This document shows, one piece after another, positions 39,949-49,758 of a stretch of DNA of 64,000 nt. Each line of letters begins with the position of its first letter. Position 1 is the first letter of the stretch. The notes under the pieces are model-generated. The model did no database searches and was not told the origin of the DNA. It saw nothing but the letters and a program-made list of their open reading frames with translations. The position numbers and the translations under genes were made by a program. The DNA lies in NCBI GenBank assembly GCA_005879315.1, contig VBLC01000044.1, forward strand, positions 1,805 to 65,804. Reading direction: 5' to 3'. The DNA comes from Deltaproteobacteria bacterium. Lineage in GTDB: Bacteria; Myxococcota; Myxococcia; Myxococcales; 40CM-4-68-19.

Positions 39949-40437
39949 ATGAAAACTTTCTTGATGGGAATCGTGGCCGCCTCGCTGCTCGTGCCCGCGG
40001 CTGCGCGGGCCGACCGCGGCGAGCGGCTGGAGAAGCGCGGCGAGCGGATGGAGCGCCAGGGCGAGCGCCGCGAGAAGCGGGGCGAGCACCGCGAGCAGCT
40101 GGGCCAGAAGTTCGAGCAGAAGGCTTCGGCTGACGAGCAGAAGGCCGCCGAGCTGCGCCAGGACGGCAAGACCAGGGCCGCCAACGCGATGGATCGCAAG
40201 GCCGCGCGCGAGGAGCGCCGCGGACAGCGCCTCGAGCGCCAGGGCGAGCGGATGGAAAAGCAGGGCGAGCGCCGCGAGAAGCGCGGTCAGCGCGTCGAGA
40301 AGCGGGGCGAGCGGTTGGAGAACCGCAACGCCAACGGCATCGCCAATGGAGCCAGGCCGGCCACGCCCGCTACGCCTGCGCAGCCTGGCGTAAGCGCCGC
40401 TTCGCCCGCGTCGCCTGCGACACCTCCATCCAAGTAA
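39949..40437 (+). CDS. exported, highly charged heptad-repeat protein
   Basis: Signal MKTFLMGIVAASLLVPAAARA, two blocks of five GERxEKR-type heptads and a Pro/Ala/Thr-rich tail. Confidence 0.6.
   Translation: MKTFLMGIVAASLLVPAAARADRGERLEKRGERMERQGERREKRGEHREQLGQKFEQKASADEQKAAELRQDGKTRAANAMDRKAAREERRGQRLERQGERMEKQGERREKRGQRVEKRGERLENRNANGIANGARPATPATPAQPGVSAASPASPATPPSK
40018..40122 (+). repeat. 5 x 21-nt tandem repeat (ggcgagcgg.tggag.agcgc type) inside CDS 39949..40437, block 1
   Basis: Units start at 40018, 40039, 40060, 40081 and 40102, read directly. Confidence 0.85.
40222..40326 (+). repeat. 5 x 21-nt tandem repeat inside CDS 39949..40437, block 2
   Basis: Units start at 40222, 40243, 40264, 40285 and 40306, read directly. 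Confidence 0.85.
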
Positions 40438-40459
40438 TCCGAGCGCAGCCGGATCTTGC

Positions 40460-40494
40460 GCCGCCTCCGGAGTCGTCGGAGGCGGCTTCTTTTT
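40460..40494 (+). terminator. rho-independent terminator after 39949..40437
   Basis: gccgcctccg-gagtcgt-cggaggcggc (10-bp perfect stem) followed by ttcttttt. Confidence 0.85.
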
Positions 40495-40513
40495 GACCAG
40501 ATCGCAGTCTGGA

Positions 40514-41332
40514 TCAAAGCAGCTTGAGCTGGCCGGGGTCGGGCGGCGGCTGCTCCGGCTCCGGTTGCCCCGCATATTGCCAGGCGGGAATCTCGAGGAG
40601 GGCCTGGACCGGGGCATGGTCGCTCGTGCCGAACTCGCGATGGCTGGTGCAGGCCGTCGCCTTCGCCGCCAGCGGCTCGCTGGCGAGAACGTAATCGAGG
40701 CGCCAGCCCATGTTCCGCTGGCGCATGTTCCGCCACGGCGCCCACCAGGTGAAGAGCCGATCGTCGTCGGGAAAGAATTTGCGTGAGAGATCGACCAGGC
40801 CGTGGCCGATGATCTTCTCGAGCAGCTCGCGCTCGTGCGCCGTCTGCCCCACCTGCTCGGGATTGCGCAGCACCGGATGGACGTCGCGCTCCTCGCGCGC
40901 GACGTTCAGATCGCCGCAGAGAACGAGCCGCGTCGCGGCCTGGCGCTGCGCCGTGAACTGCTCCAGCCCTTCGAGAAAGCGCAGCTTGGCAGCGAAATCC
41001 TTGTTGCCGTTCGGCACGTAGACGGAAGCGACCTCGAAGTCGCCGGCCCGCGCCGTGACGATGCGGGTCTCGTGGTCGAAGTCGGGATGGGAAAAGAGCG
41101 GCCGGCCGGGAAAAGTCTCCTTGCGCAGCTGCAGGGCCACGCCGGAGTAGCCCTTGTGCCCGTGCCAGAAAGACCAGTAGCCGGGGAGCGCGCAGAGCGT
41201 CGCCGGCACCTGCTCGGGAGGCGACTTGATCTCTTGCAGAGAGACGACGTCGGGCTGTTCGCGCTCGACCCACTGCACCACTTCAGTGGATCGGGCGCGA
41301 ATGCCGTTGACGTTCCAGGTGACGATTTTCAA
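40514..41332 (-). CDS. xthA: exodeoxyribonuclease III
   Basis: MKIVTWNVNGIRAR, DVVSLQEIK and the C-terminal SDHAPV. Confidence 0.9.
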   Translation of the reverse strand: MKIVTWNVNGIRARSTEVVQWVEREQPDVVSLQEIKSPPEQVPATLCALPGYWSFWHGHKGYSGVALQLRKETFPGRPLFSHPDFDHETRIVTARAGDFEVASVYVPNGNKDFAAKLRFLEGLEQFTAQRQAATRLVLCGDLNVAREERDVHPVLRNPEQVGQTAHERELLEKIIGHGLVDLSRKFFPDDDRLFTWWAPWRNMRQRNMGWRLDYVLASEPLAAKATACTSHREFGTSDHAPVQALLEIPAWQYAGQPEPEQPPPDPGQLKLL

Positions 41333-41338
41333 GCGCGG

Positions 41339-43258
<1,920 letters not shown>

Positions 43259-43309
43259 GTCTCTCCTCAAATCTTTTCCGCGGCCTTTGGCTCGCCGCGG
43301 TGCGGCGGT

Positions 43310-43337
43310 ACAGTAAGTACGCCAGGGGGGCTGTCAA
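43310..43337 (-). promoter_or_regulatory. candidate dnaK promoter: TTGACA-N16-TACTGT; also reads as CTTG-N17-CTTACTG, loosely sigma-32-like
   Basis: Sequence match only, about 50 nt upstream of the dnaK ATG. Confidence 0.3.
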
Positions 43338-43354
43338 GGAACGAAAGGCGGCGC

Positions 43355-44608
43355 TTGAGCGAGCTGCTGGCAGGCGAGCGGATCGGCCGGCGGTACGTGC
43401 TGCTGCAGAGGCTCGGCCTCGGCGGCATGGGAGAGGTGTGGCTGGCGGAGCTGGAAGGGGCGGGGGCCTTTCGCCGGCGGGTTGTGATCAAGTGCCTGGC
43501 GCCGGAGCGCCGCGGCGACCAGCGGCTGGCGGCGATGCTGGCCGACGAGGCGCGCGTGGTGGGGCTCGTGCACCATCCCGGCGTGGTCGCGGCCATCGAC
43601 TATCTGGAGACGGAGGAACACGGGCCGATCTTCGTGCTCGAGTTCGTCGATGGCGCCTCGCTGCGCACCGTGCTCAAGCTGGCGCGGCACAAGAAGATGC
43701 TCTTGCCCGAGCGACTGGCGGCGCACGTCGGCGCCGAGGTCGCGCATGCGTTGCACGCCGCGCATATGGCGGTAGGACTCGACGGCCAGCCGCTCCACAT
43801 CGTCCACCGCGACGTCGCGCCGGACAACGTGCTCCTCTCGCGCTCGGGCGCGGTCTACCTCGGCGATTTCGGCGTGGCCCGCGCGGCAGGCAATTCGGAC
43901 ACCACGCTGCCCGGCAGCCCGAAAGGAAAGATGGGCTTCATGGCGCCGGAGCAGGCGGTGGGGCGGCCAGTGGGACCGGCCGCGGACATTTTTTCGCTCG
44001 GGCGCGTCATCGCGGATGCCGCCGACGTGAGCTGCGGACCTTCGCTGCGGGCGGTGATCGAGAAGGCGACCGCGCACGACCCGCGCGCCCGCTACGCGAG
44101 CGCCTCCGAGCTGGCCGCGGCGCTGGTGCAGGCCTGCCCGCCTCCGCCCGATCCCGACGGCGCTCTCGCCCGCTGGCTGCGCGAGGCGGCGCCGGACGCT
44201 TTCGTCTTTCGCCAGACGAGTCCTGGCTCGAGCCCGGCTCCGCTCTTCGCTGCGGTGCCGCCGCCCTCGCGCTGGAAACTGAAAGCCGTGGCGGCGGGAG
44301 CCATCGTCGTCTTCGTCGTCCTGCCGGTCGCGCTCATCCACTCGGCCATGCGCGGGAGCGAGCTCGTCTCGACGGCGGTGGCCGGCATCAGAGCTCCGCA
44401 GGGGACGCTGCGCGTGACCAGCAGGCCGGAGGCGGCCGAGGTCTACGTCGACGGACGCCTGCGGGGGAACACGCCGCTCTTGCTCGAGTTGCCGCCGGGA
44501 AGACACGCCGTTCGGGTCGGCTCGCCGCGGCTCGAGCACTGGCGCGCCGCGGAGGTCAACGTCAAGGACAACGTCGAGCATCGCCTGGAAGTCGATCTGA
44601 GCGAATGA
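43355..44608 (+). CDS. Ser/Thr protein kinase with a TM segment and C-terminal PEGA domain
   Basis: Tail of track ORF 40802..44608. LGLGGMGEVWLA, VVIKCL, HRDVAPDNVL, DFGVA and APE. TM AVAAGAIVVFVVLPVALI. PEGA-like LRVTSRPEAAEVYVDGRLRGNTPL. TTG 43355 is the only start upstream of the Gly loop. Confidence 0.85.
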   Translation: MSELLAGERIGRRYVLLQRLGLGGMGEVWLAELEGAGAFRRRVVIKCLAPERRGDQRLAAMLADEARVVGLVHHPGVVAAIDYLETEEHGPIFVLEFVDGASLRTVLKLARHKKMLLPERLAAHVGAEVAHALHAAHMAVGLDGQPLHIVHRDVAPDNVLLSRSGAVYLGDFGVARAAGNSDTTLPGSPKGKMGFMAPEQAVGRPVGPAADIFSLGRVIADAADVSCGPSLRAVIEKATAHDPRARYASASELAAALVQACPPPPDPDGALARWLREAAPDAFVFRQTSPGSSPAPLFAAVPPPSRWKLKAVAAGAIVVFVVLPVALIHSAMRGSELVSTAVAGIRAPQGTLRVTSRPEAAEVYVDGRLRGNTPLLLELPPGRHAVRVGSPRLEHWRAAEVNVKDNVEHRLEVDLSE

Positions 44609-44673
44609 AGCAGCGCGGCCCCGCCAGCATTCAGCGGGGCCGCGCACCGAAGTCTACCGCTCGATCAGATTCG

Positions 44674-45681
44674 CTACGGATACGACAGCACGCATCCGCC
44701 CGCGCCGCCGTTGAACGCATTGCTCCACAGCGACTGAACCGGGAAGCTCGCGCCGTTCATCGACACGCTCGCCGAGGCGCCCTGGCCCGAGCTGATCCAC
44801 GCGCACTTGTCGCCGTTCTCTGCGCCGCCCGAGTCGAGCCAGCCGCCGTTGGGGAACTGATCGCTGATGGTCTCGGCGTACTCGTGGCCACCGACGATGG
44901 TGATGCCGGCATTGGGGCCGAGTCCGTTGAAGTTCGCGCCGCAGCTCGCGCCGGCGTCGGTGATGTACGGCATGTTGGTGTAGGCGATGTTGCCGGACGT
45001 GCTCGACGTCGAGCTGTGCCACGCGCAGAACTGGGTGCCGAAGCCACTCGAGTTGTGCCCCGAAGGCGTGGAGATCACGTACTGCACGCTGGCGTTGCTG
45101 GCGGCGCTGGTGTTGCCAAAATGCGCCGCGGCCCGCGTGGCCTCGCCGGCCAGGGCGGACTGGGAGATGCGCTTCGGGAGCGAGCTCCCGTCGCACCAGA
45201 CGCCGGCGAGCTGGTTGGTCTGGTTGCCCGCGGCCTGGCCGGCCCCGTTGCAGAAGAAGGTGCCCGAGGCGACCCCTTGGCAGTACTGGGTGACGCTGTT
45301 GGCCCACGAGCTGCCGCCCGCGTGGTTGAAGAAGCTCTGCTGGATTCCGGCCTCGCCGCTCGGGTCGCTGGTGGGCGCGTTGTTGGAGCAGGCCCACTGC
45401 GAGCCCCACCACACCACGTAGACCTTCGGCGCGGTCTCCACGCCGATTCCGCCGACGCCGCCGTGGTAGGAGAGGTTGCTGCTGGTGCCGGCAGTGCCGC
45501 GGGCATCGCCGACGACTCCCGTGCCGGCCGCCTCTCTCGCAGCCTGCGCTGCCTCGACGGTCGAATGGATCACGACCGGCGGTTGGCCCTCCTCGATGAT
45601 TTGCGATCCTCCGAGATTCGACTGTCCGCATCCGGCAAATCCGGCGATCGCTGCGACGGCAAGCAGCTTCGTCATTTTCAT
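44674..45681 (-). CDS. Ser/Gly/Asn-rich lipoprotein of unknown function
   Basis: MKMTKLLAVAAIAGFAGC lipobox preceded by GGAGGGG. Contains NLSYHGGVGG...KVYVVWWGSQW and GGHEYAETISD. The upstream 46 codons in the track are rejected. Confidence 0.65.
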   Translation of the reverse strand: MKMTKLLAVAAIAGFAGCGQSNLGGSQIIEEGQPPVVIHSTVEAAQAAREAAGTGVVGDARGTAGTSSNLSYHGGVGGIGVETAPKVYVVWWGSQWACSNNAPTSDPSGEAGIQQSFFNHAGGSSWANSVTQYCQGVASGTFFCNGAGQAAGNQTNQLAGVWCDGSSLPKRISQSALAGEATRAAAHFGNTSAASNASVQYVISTPSGHNSSGFGTQFCAWHSSTSSTSGNIAYTNMPYITDAGASCGANFNGLGPNAGITIVGGHEYAETISDQFPNGGWLDSGGAENGDKCAWISSGQGASASVSMNGASFPVQSLWSNAFNGGAGGCVLSYP

Positions 45682-45821
45682 TGTTGGTTCCCCTCCGGGG
45701 GCTGGTGAACGAGCGCGCGGAATACACCCCACCAGGCAGGCCAGGCGCAAGCGGCCTGTCGACCGGGAAAGCGCAATGGTTGACACGCTACTCAAGATAC
45801 GATACTTGCATGATGGCATTC

Positions 45822-45843
45822 AGGCGATGCCACTGAATCGCCT
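45822..45843. promoter_or_regulatory. 7-bp inverted repeat AGGCGAT-N8-ATCGCCT just upstream of the MerR-like gene (candidate operator); TTGACA at 45780-45785
   Basis: Read directly. Its function is inferred only from position. Confidence 0.25.
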
Positions 45844-45848
45844 CAGGG

Positions 45849-46364
45849 GTGGCGATGGCGCAGCGCGAAGCCGACGAATACGACGCGCTCGAGCAAAGCC
45901 ACCCGACTGGCATTTCGGCGGGGCAGATCGTCGAATTCTTCATCCCCAAGGGGGTGAAGCTGGCGCAAGCCACTTTCCGCAAGTACGTGCAGCTCGGGCT
46001 GCTCCCCCGCTCGCGGCGCGTGGGCGAGAAGGGCAAGCACCGCGGCTCGCACGGCCTCTATCCGGCCAGCGCCGTCCGCCGCATCCATCTGATCAAGTCG
46101 CTGATGGACGAGGGGATGACGCTCGAGGAGATCCGCCGCTCCTTCATCTTCTTCCGCGGCCAGCTCGACGGAGTCGAGCGCTCGCTCGACGAGCTGTTCG
46201 CCGCGCTGGACAAGTCGCTGGCCGAAAAGCCCGAGCTGAAGCCTCCCCGCCGCAAGGAGTTGGAGCGCCTGCTGGGTGAGCGGCGCAAGCAAGCCGATCA
46301 GTTCGTCAAGGACATGGAGCGCACGGTTTCGGAAATCACCGCACGCGAGAAAGAGGGGTCGTAG
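45849..46364 (+). CDS. MerR-type HTH protein with a C-terminal coiled-coil
   Basis: [10 protein letters not shown]...[13 protein letters not shown]...[31 protein letters not shown] matches the MerR HTH-wing-helix pattern. GTG start. Confidence 0.65.
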   Translation: MAMAQREADEYDALEQSHPTGISAGQIVEFFIPKGVKLAQATFRKYVQLGLLPRSRRVGEKGKHRGSHGLYPASAVRRIHLIKSLMDEGMTLEEIRRSFIFFRGQLDGVERSLDELFAALDKSLAEKPELKPPRRKELERLLGERRKQADQFVKDMERTVSEITAREKEGS

Positions 46365-46366
46365 CG

Positions 46367-46864
46367 ATGAGCGATCCGAAGAGGAGCACGCTGCCCGTCC
46401 TGCCCGACGAGCCCGAGCCCGCCAAGCCGCGCCAGAGGGCGCGCACCATGAGCCGCAAGGAGATGGCGCGGATGTTCCGCCAGCAGTCGGCGGCGGGCGG
46501 GATCGATCCGGAGCTGGAGGCGTTGATGGCCGAGCTGGACGCCACGCGGCCCAAGACTCGCGGCGAGTGCGCGCAGGGCCCGCGGCCCTGCCCCTACGTC
46601 TCCTGCAAGTACAACCTCTACGTCGACGTCAACCCGCGCACCGGGTCGGTGAAGATGAACTTCCCCGACAAGGAGCTGTGGGAGCTGGCCGAGACCTGCG
46701 CGCTCGACGTCGCCGACCGGGCCGGCATCACCCTCGAGGAAGTCGGCGTCATCATGAACCTCACCCGCGAGCGCGTCCGGCAGCTGGAGATGCGCGGCCT
46801 CTCCAAGCTGCGGGTCATCGCCGACGACGAGCCGCGGCCGGCCCGCGACGCGGAGGACGACTAG
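46367..46864 (+). CDS. sigma-70 region-4-like HTH protein with a Cys cluster
   Basis: [18 protein letters not shown]...[41 protein letters not shown]. Starts 3 nt after the upstream stop. Confidence 0.6.
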   Translation: MSDPKRSTLPVLPDEPEPAKPRQRARTMSRKEMARMFRQQSAAGGIDPELEALMAELDATRPKTRGECAQGPRPCPYVSCKYNLYVDVNPRTGSVKMNFPDKELWELAETCALDVADRAGITLEEVGVIMNLTRERVRQLEMRGLSKLRVIADDEPRPARDAEDD

Positions 46865-46937
46865 TCCGCCCGTCGCATCTCGCTCCGGCGCAGGTTGTCG
46901 CTGATCGCGCGGTGCGAGAAGTGATATCAACCCGCGC

Positions 46938-48530
46938 ATGACCGTTGCGCGAGCGCTCCTCTCCGTCTCCGACAAGTCGGGAATCGTCGAGTTCGCCAGG
47001 GGGCTGGCCGGACTGGGCATCGAGATTCTCTCGACAGGCGGCACCGCGGCGCTGCTCGGCAAGGAGGGGGTCCCGGTCAAGCAGGTGCAAGAGCTGACGG
47101 GCGCGCCCGAGATGCTCGGCGGGCGGGTGAAGACGCTCCATCCCAAGATCCACGGCGGCCTGCTCGCGCGGCGCGATCTCGCCAGCGACAAGGCCGACAT
47201 GCAGTCGCAGGGCCTCTTGCCCATCGATCTGGCCGCGGTGAACCTCTACCCCTTCCGCCAGGCGGTCGCGAAGGGGCTGCCGTTCGCCGAGATCATCGAG
47301 AACATCGACATCGGCGGGCCCTCGATGATCCGCTCGGCGGCGAAGAATGCCGAGTACGTCACGGTGGTCGTCGACCCGGCCGACTACGGCGTGGTCCTGG
47401 CCGAGCTCCAGCAGAAGCGCGAAGTGCACGAGAGCACGCGGCGGCGGTTGCAGGCGCGGGCCTACGCGCACACGGCGGCCTACGACGCGGCGATCGCGGG
47501 ATGGCTTGCCGAGGAGCAGGCGAAGGCGCATCCCGAGCAGAGCGGCGGTTTCGCCGAGGCGCCGCCCTTGAACGAGTACCGGCGACTCCAGATCTTGCGC
47601 TACGGCGAGAATCCGCACCAGCGCGCCGCTTTCTACGCGGCGGTGCCGCAGCCGCGCGAGCCCACGCTGGCAGCGGCGCGCCAGCTGCAGGGGAAAGAGC
47701 TTTCGTACAACAACATCCTCGACGGCTCTTCGGCGCTGGAGGCGCTCAAGGAGCATGCCCTCGGCGCGCGCGGTCCCGCGGCGGTCGTGATCGTCAAGCA
47801 CACCAATCCCTGCGGCGCGGCGCGCGCGCCGCGATTGCTGGAGGCGTACAAGCTCGCCCGCGACGCCGATCCGGTGAGCGCCTTCGGCGGAATCGTCGCC
47901 CTCAGCCAGCCGGTCGACGCGGCCACTGGAGCGGCGCTGGCGGAAACGTTCCTCGAGGCGGTGATTGCCCCCTCCTTCGATCAGGGCGCGCTCGACGCGC
48001 TCCGCTCGAAGAAGTCGCTGCGCCTCCTGGAAGTGCCGCTGCTCGGCGAGGGTCGCGAAGCCTGGAGCCCGGAGCCGCGCGAGATCCGCACCATCCCCGG
48101 CGGCCTCCTGGTGCAGACCCGCGACCTGGCCGACGCTGATCCGCGCGGTTGGCGCACGATGACCAAGCGCGCGCCGCTCGCCGAGGAGCTGGAGGCGCTC
48201 GCCTTCGCCTGGTCGGTGGTGAAGCACGTCAAGTCCAACGCCATCGTTCTGGCGCGGCCCGACGTGACGGTCGGCATCGGCATGGGACAGACCAACCGCG
48301 TCGACTCCGTGCGCATCGCGGCACAGCGCGCGGGCGAGAAGGCGCGCGGTGCGGCGCTCGGGTCGGACGCGTTCTTTCCCTTTCCCGACGGAGTGGAGGC
48401 GGCAGCGGCGGCCGGCGTGACGGCCATCGCCCAGCCGGGCGGGTCGGTGCGCGACGACGAGGTCATCGCGGCGGCCGACCGGGCGGGCATCGCCATGGTC
48501 TTCACCGGAGTTCGCCATTTCAGGCACTAA
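46938..48530 (+). CDS. purH: bifunctional AICAR transformylase / IMP cyclohydrolase
   Basis: ALLSVSDKSG, GGRVKTLHPKIHGG and the C-terminal MVFTGVRHFRH. Confidence 0.95.
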   Translation: MTVARALLSVSDKSGIVEFARGLAGLGIEILSTGGTAALLGKEGVPVKQVQELTGAPEMLGGRVKTLHPKIHGGLLARRDLASDKADMQSQGLLPIDLAAVNLYPFRQAVAKGLPFAEIIENIDIGGPSMIRSAAKNAEYVTVVVDPADYGVVLAELQQKREVHESTRRRLQARAYAHTAAYDAAIAGWLAEEQAKAHPEQSGGFAEAPPLNEYRRLQILRYGENPHQRAAFYAAVPQPREPTLAAARQLQGKELSYNNILDGSSALEALKEHALGARGPAAVVIVKHTNPCGAARAPRLLEAYKLARDADPVSAFGGIVALSQPVDAATGAALAETFLEAVIAPSFDQGALDALRSKKSLRLLEVPLLGEGREAWSPEPREIRTIPGGLLVQTRDLADADPRGWRTMTKRAPLAEELEALAFAWSVVKHVKSNAIVLARPDVTVGIGMGQTNRVDSVRIAAQRAGEKARGAALGSDAFFPFPDGVEAAAAAGVTAIAQPGGSVRDDEVIAAADRAGIAMVFTGVRHFRH

Positions 48531-49758
48531 GGTCGTCATCATCGGCGCAGGAGGGCGGGAGCACGCCATCGTGCGATCGCTGCGGCGCAGCGGCGCGGAG
48601 CTGGTCGCCGTTCCGGGAAATCCTGGCATCGCGCGCGAAGCTCGCTGCGTCCCGGCGCAGCCCTCGCTCGCCGATGCGGCGCTGGCCGAGCGGCCCGACC
48701 TGGTCGTGGTCGGCCCCGAGGCGCCTCTCGCCGAAGGCTTCGCCGACCGGATGGCGCGCCAGGGCGTGCCCTGCTTCGGTCCGTCGAAAGCCGCGGCGCA
48801 GATCGAAGCCTCGAAAGCCTTCGCGAAGGAGATCATGGGCGCCGCCGGCGTGCCTACCGCCGCGGCGCAGGTCTTCGACGATCGCCTGAAGGCGCGCCGG
48901 CACGCGCAGTCGAAGGGCGCCAGCGTCGTGAAGCTCGACGGCCTCGCGGCGGGGAAGGGCGTCATCGTCGCCGACGACGGCGCGCAAGCCGCCGCTGCCG
49001 TCGAGGAGCTGTGGCGACCGGGCGCGAGGCTGCTCGTCGAGGATCGGCTCGAAGGGCGCGAAGTGTCGGTGATCGCCCTCTGCGACGGCGAGAACGTCCT
49101 CCCGCTCCCGCCGGCGCGCGATCACAAGAGACTCCTCGACGGCGACAAAGGACCCAATACCGGGGGCATGGGCGCAGTCTCCCCTCCCTCGGACGCCACG
49201 CCGGAGCTGGTCGAGCAAATTGCAGAAAATGTGCTGCGACCCACGGTGCGCGAGATGGCCCGGCGCGGCATGCCCTTCGTCGGCGCGCTCTATGCGGGGC
49301 TGATGGTGAACAGCAGCGGCATCTCCGTCCTCGAGTTCAACTGCCGCCTGGGCGACCCGGAGGCGCAGGCCATCCTCTTGCGGCTGCGCTCCGATCCGCT
49401 GCCGCTCTTTCTCGCCGCGGCGCAAGGCCGGCTCGCCGGCCAGAAGGCCGTCTGGGACTCGCGCACCTCAGTGGCGGTCGTGCTCGCCGCGCACGGCTAT
49501 CCGGGGACTCCGCGCGCGCTCGACCGCATCGAGGGCCTCGAGGCGCTCGTCAAGGAGGAGGGCGACGACCTCTGGGTGCTCCACGCCGGCACGCGCGATC
49601 ACGACGGCAAGATCGTCACCGGCGGCGGCCGCGTCCTCACTGTCGTGGCGCTCGGCACAGGTCCGGCGCAAGCGCGGGCGCGCGCTTACGGAGCGGCCGC
49701 GCGCATCTCCTTTGCCGGCATGCAGCTCCGCTCGGACATCGCCGCGCTGGAGGGGTAG
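48517..49758 (+). CDS. purD: phosphoribosylamine-glycine ligase; start likely non-canonical (ATT 48517)
   Basis: The conserved KVVIIGAGGREHAIV is encoded from 48529, upstream of the first canonical start (GTG 48571, track). No ATG/GTG/TTG/CTG lies in frame back to the stop at 48418-48420. CCGGAG sits 6 nt before ATT 48517. Confidence 0.85.
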   Translation: MSGTKVVIIGAGGREHAIVRSLRRSGAELVAVPGNPGIAREARCVPAQPSLADAALAERPDLVVVGPEAPLAEGFADRMARQGVPCFGPSKAAAQIEASKAFAKEIMGAAGVPTAAAQVFDDRLKARRHAQSKGASVVKLDGLAAGKGVIVADDGAQAAAAVEELWRPGARLLVEDRLEGREVSVIALCDGENVLPLPPARDHKRLLDGDKGPNTGGMGAVSPPSDATPELVEQIAENVLRPTVREMARRGMPFVGALYAGLMVNSSGISVLEFNCRLGDPEAQAILLRLRSDPLPLFLAAAQGRLAGQKAVWDSRTSVAVVLAAHGYPGTPRALDRIEGLEALVKEEGDDLWVLHAGTRDHDGKIVTGGGRVLTVVALGTGPAQARARAYGAAARISFAGMQLRSDIAALEG

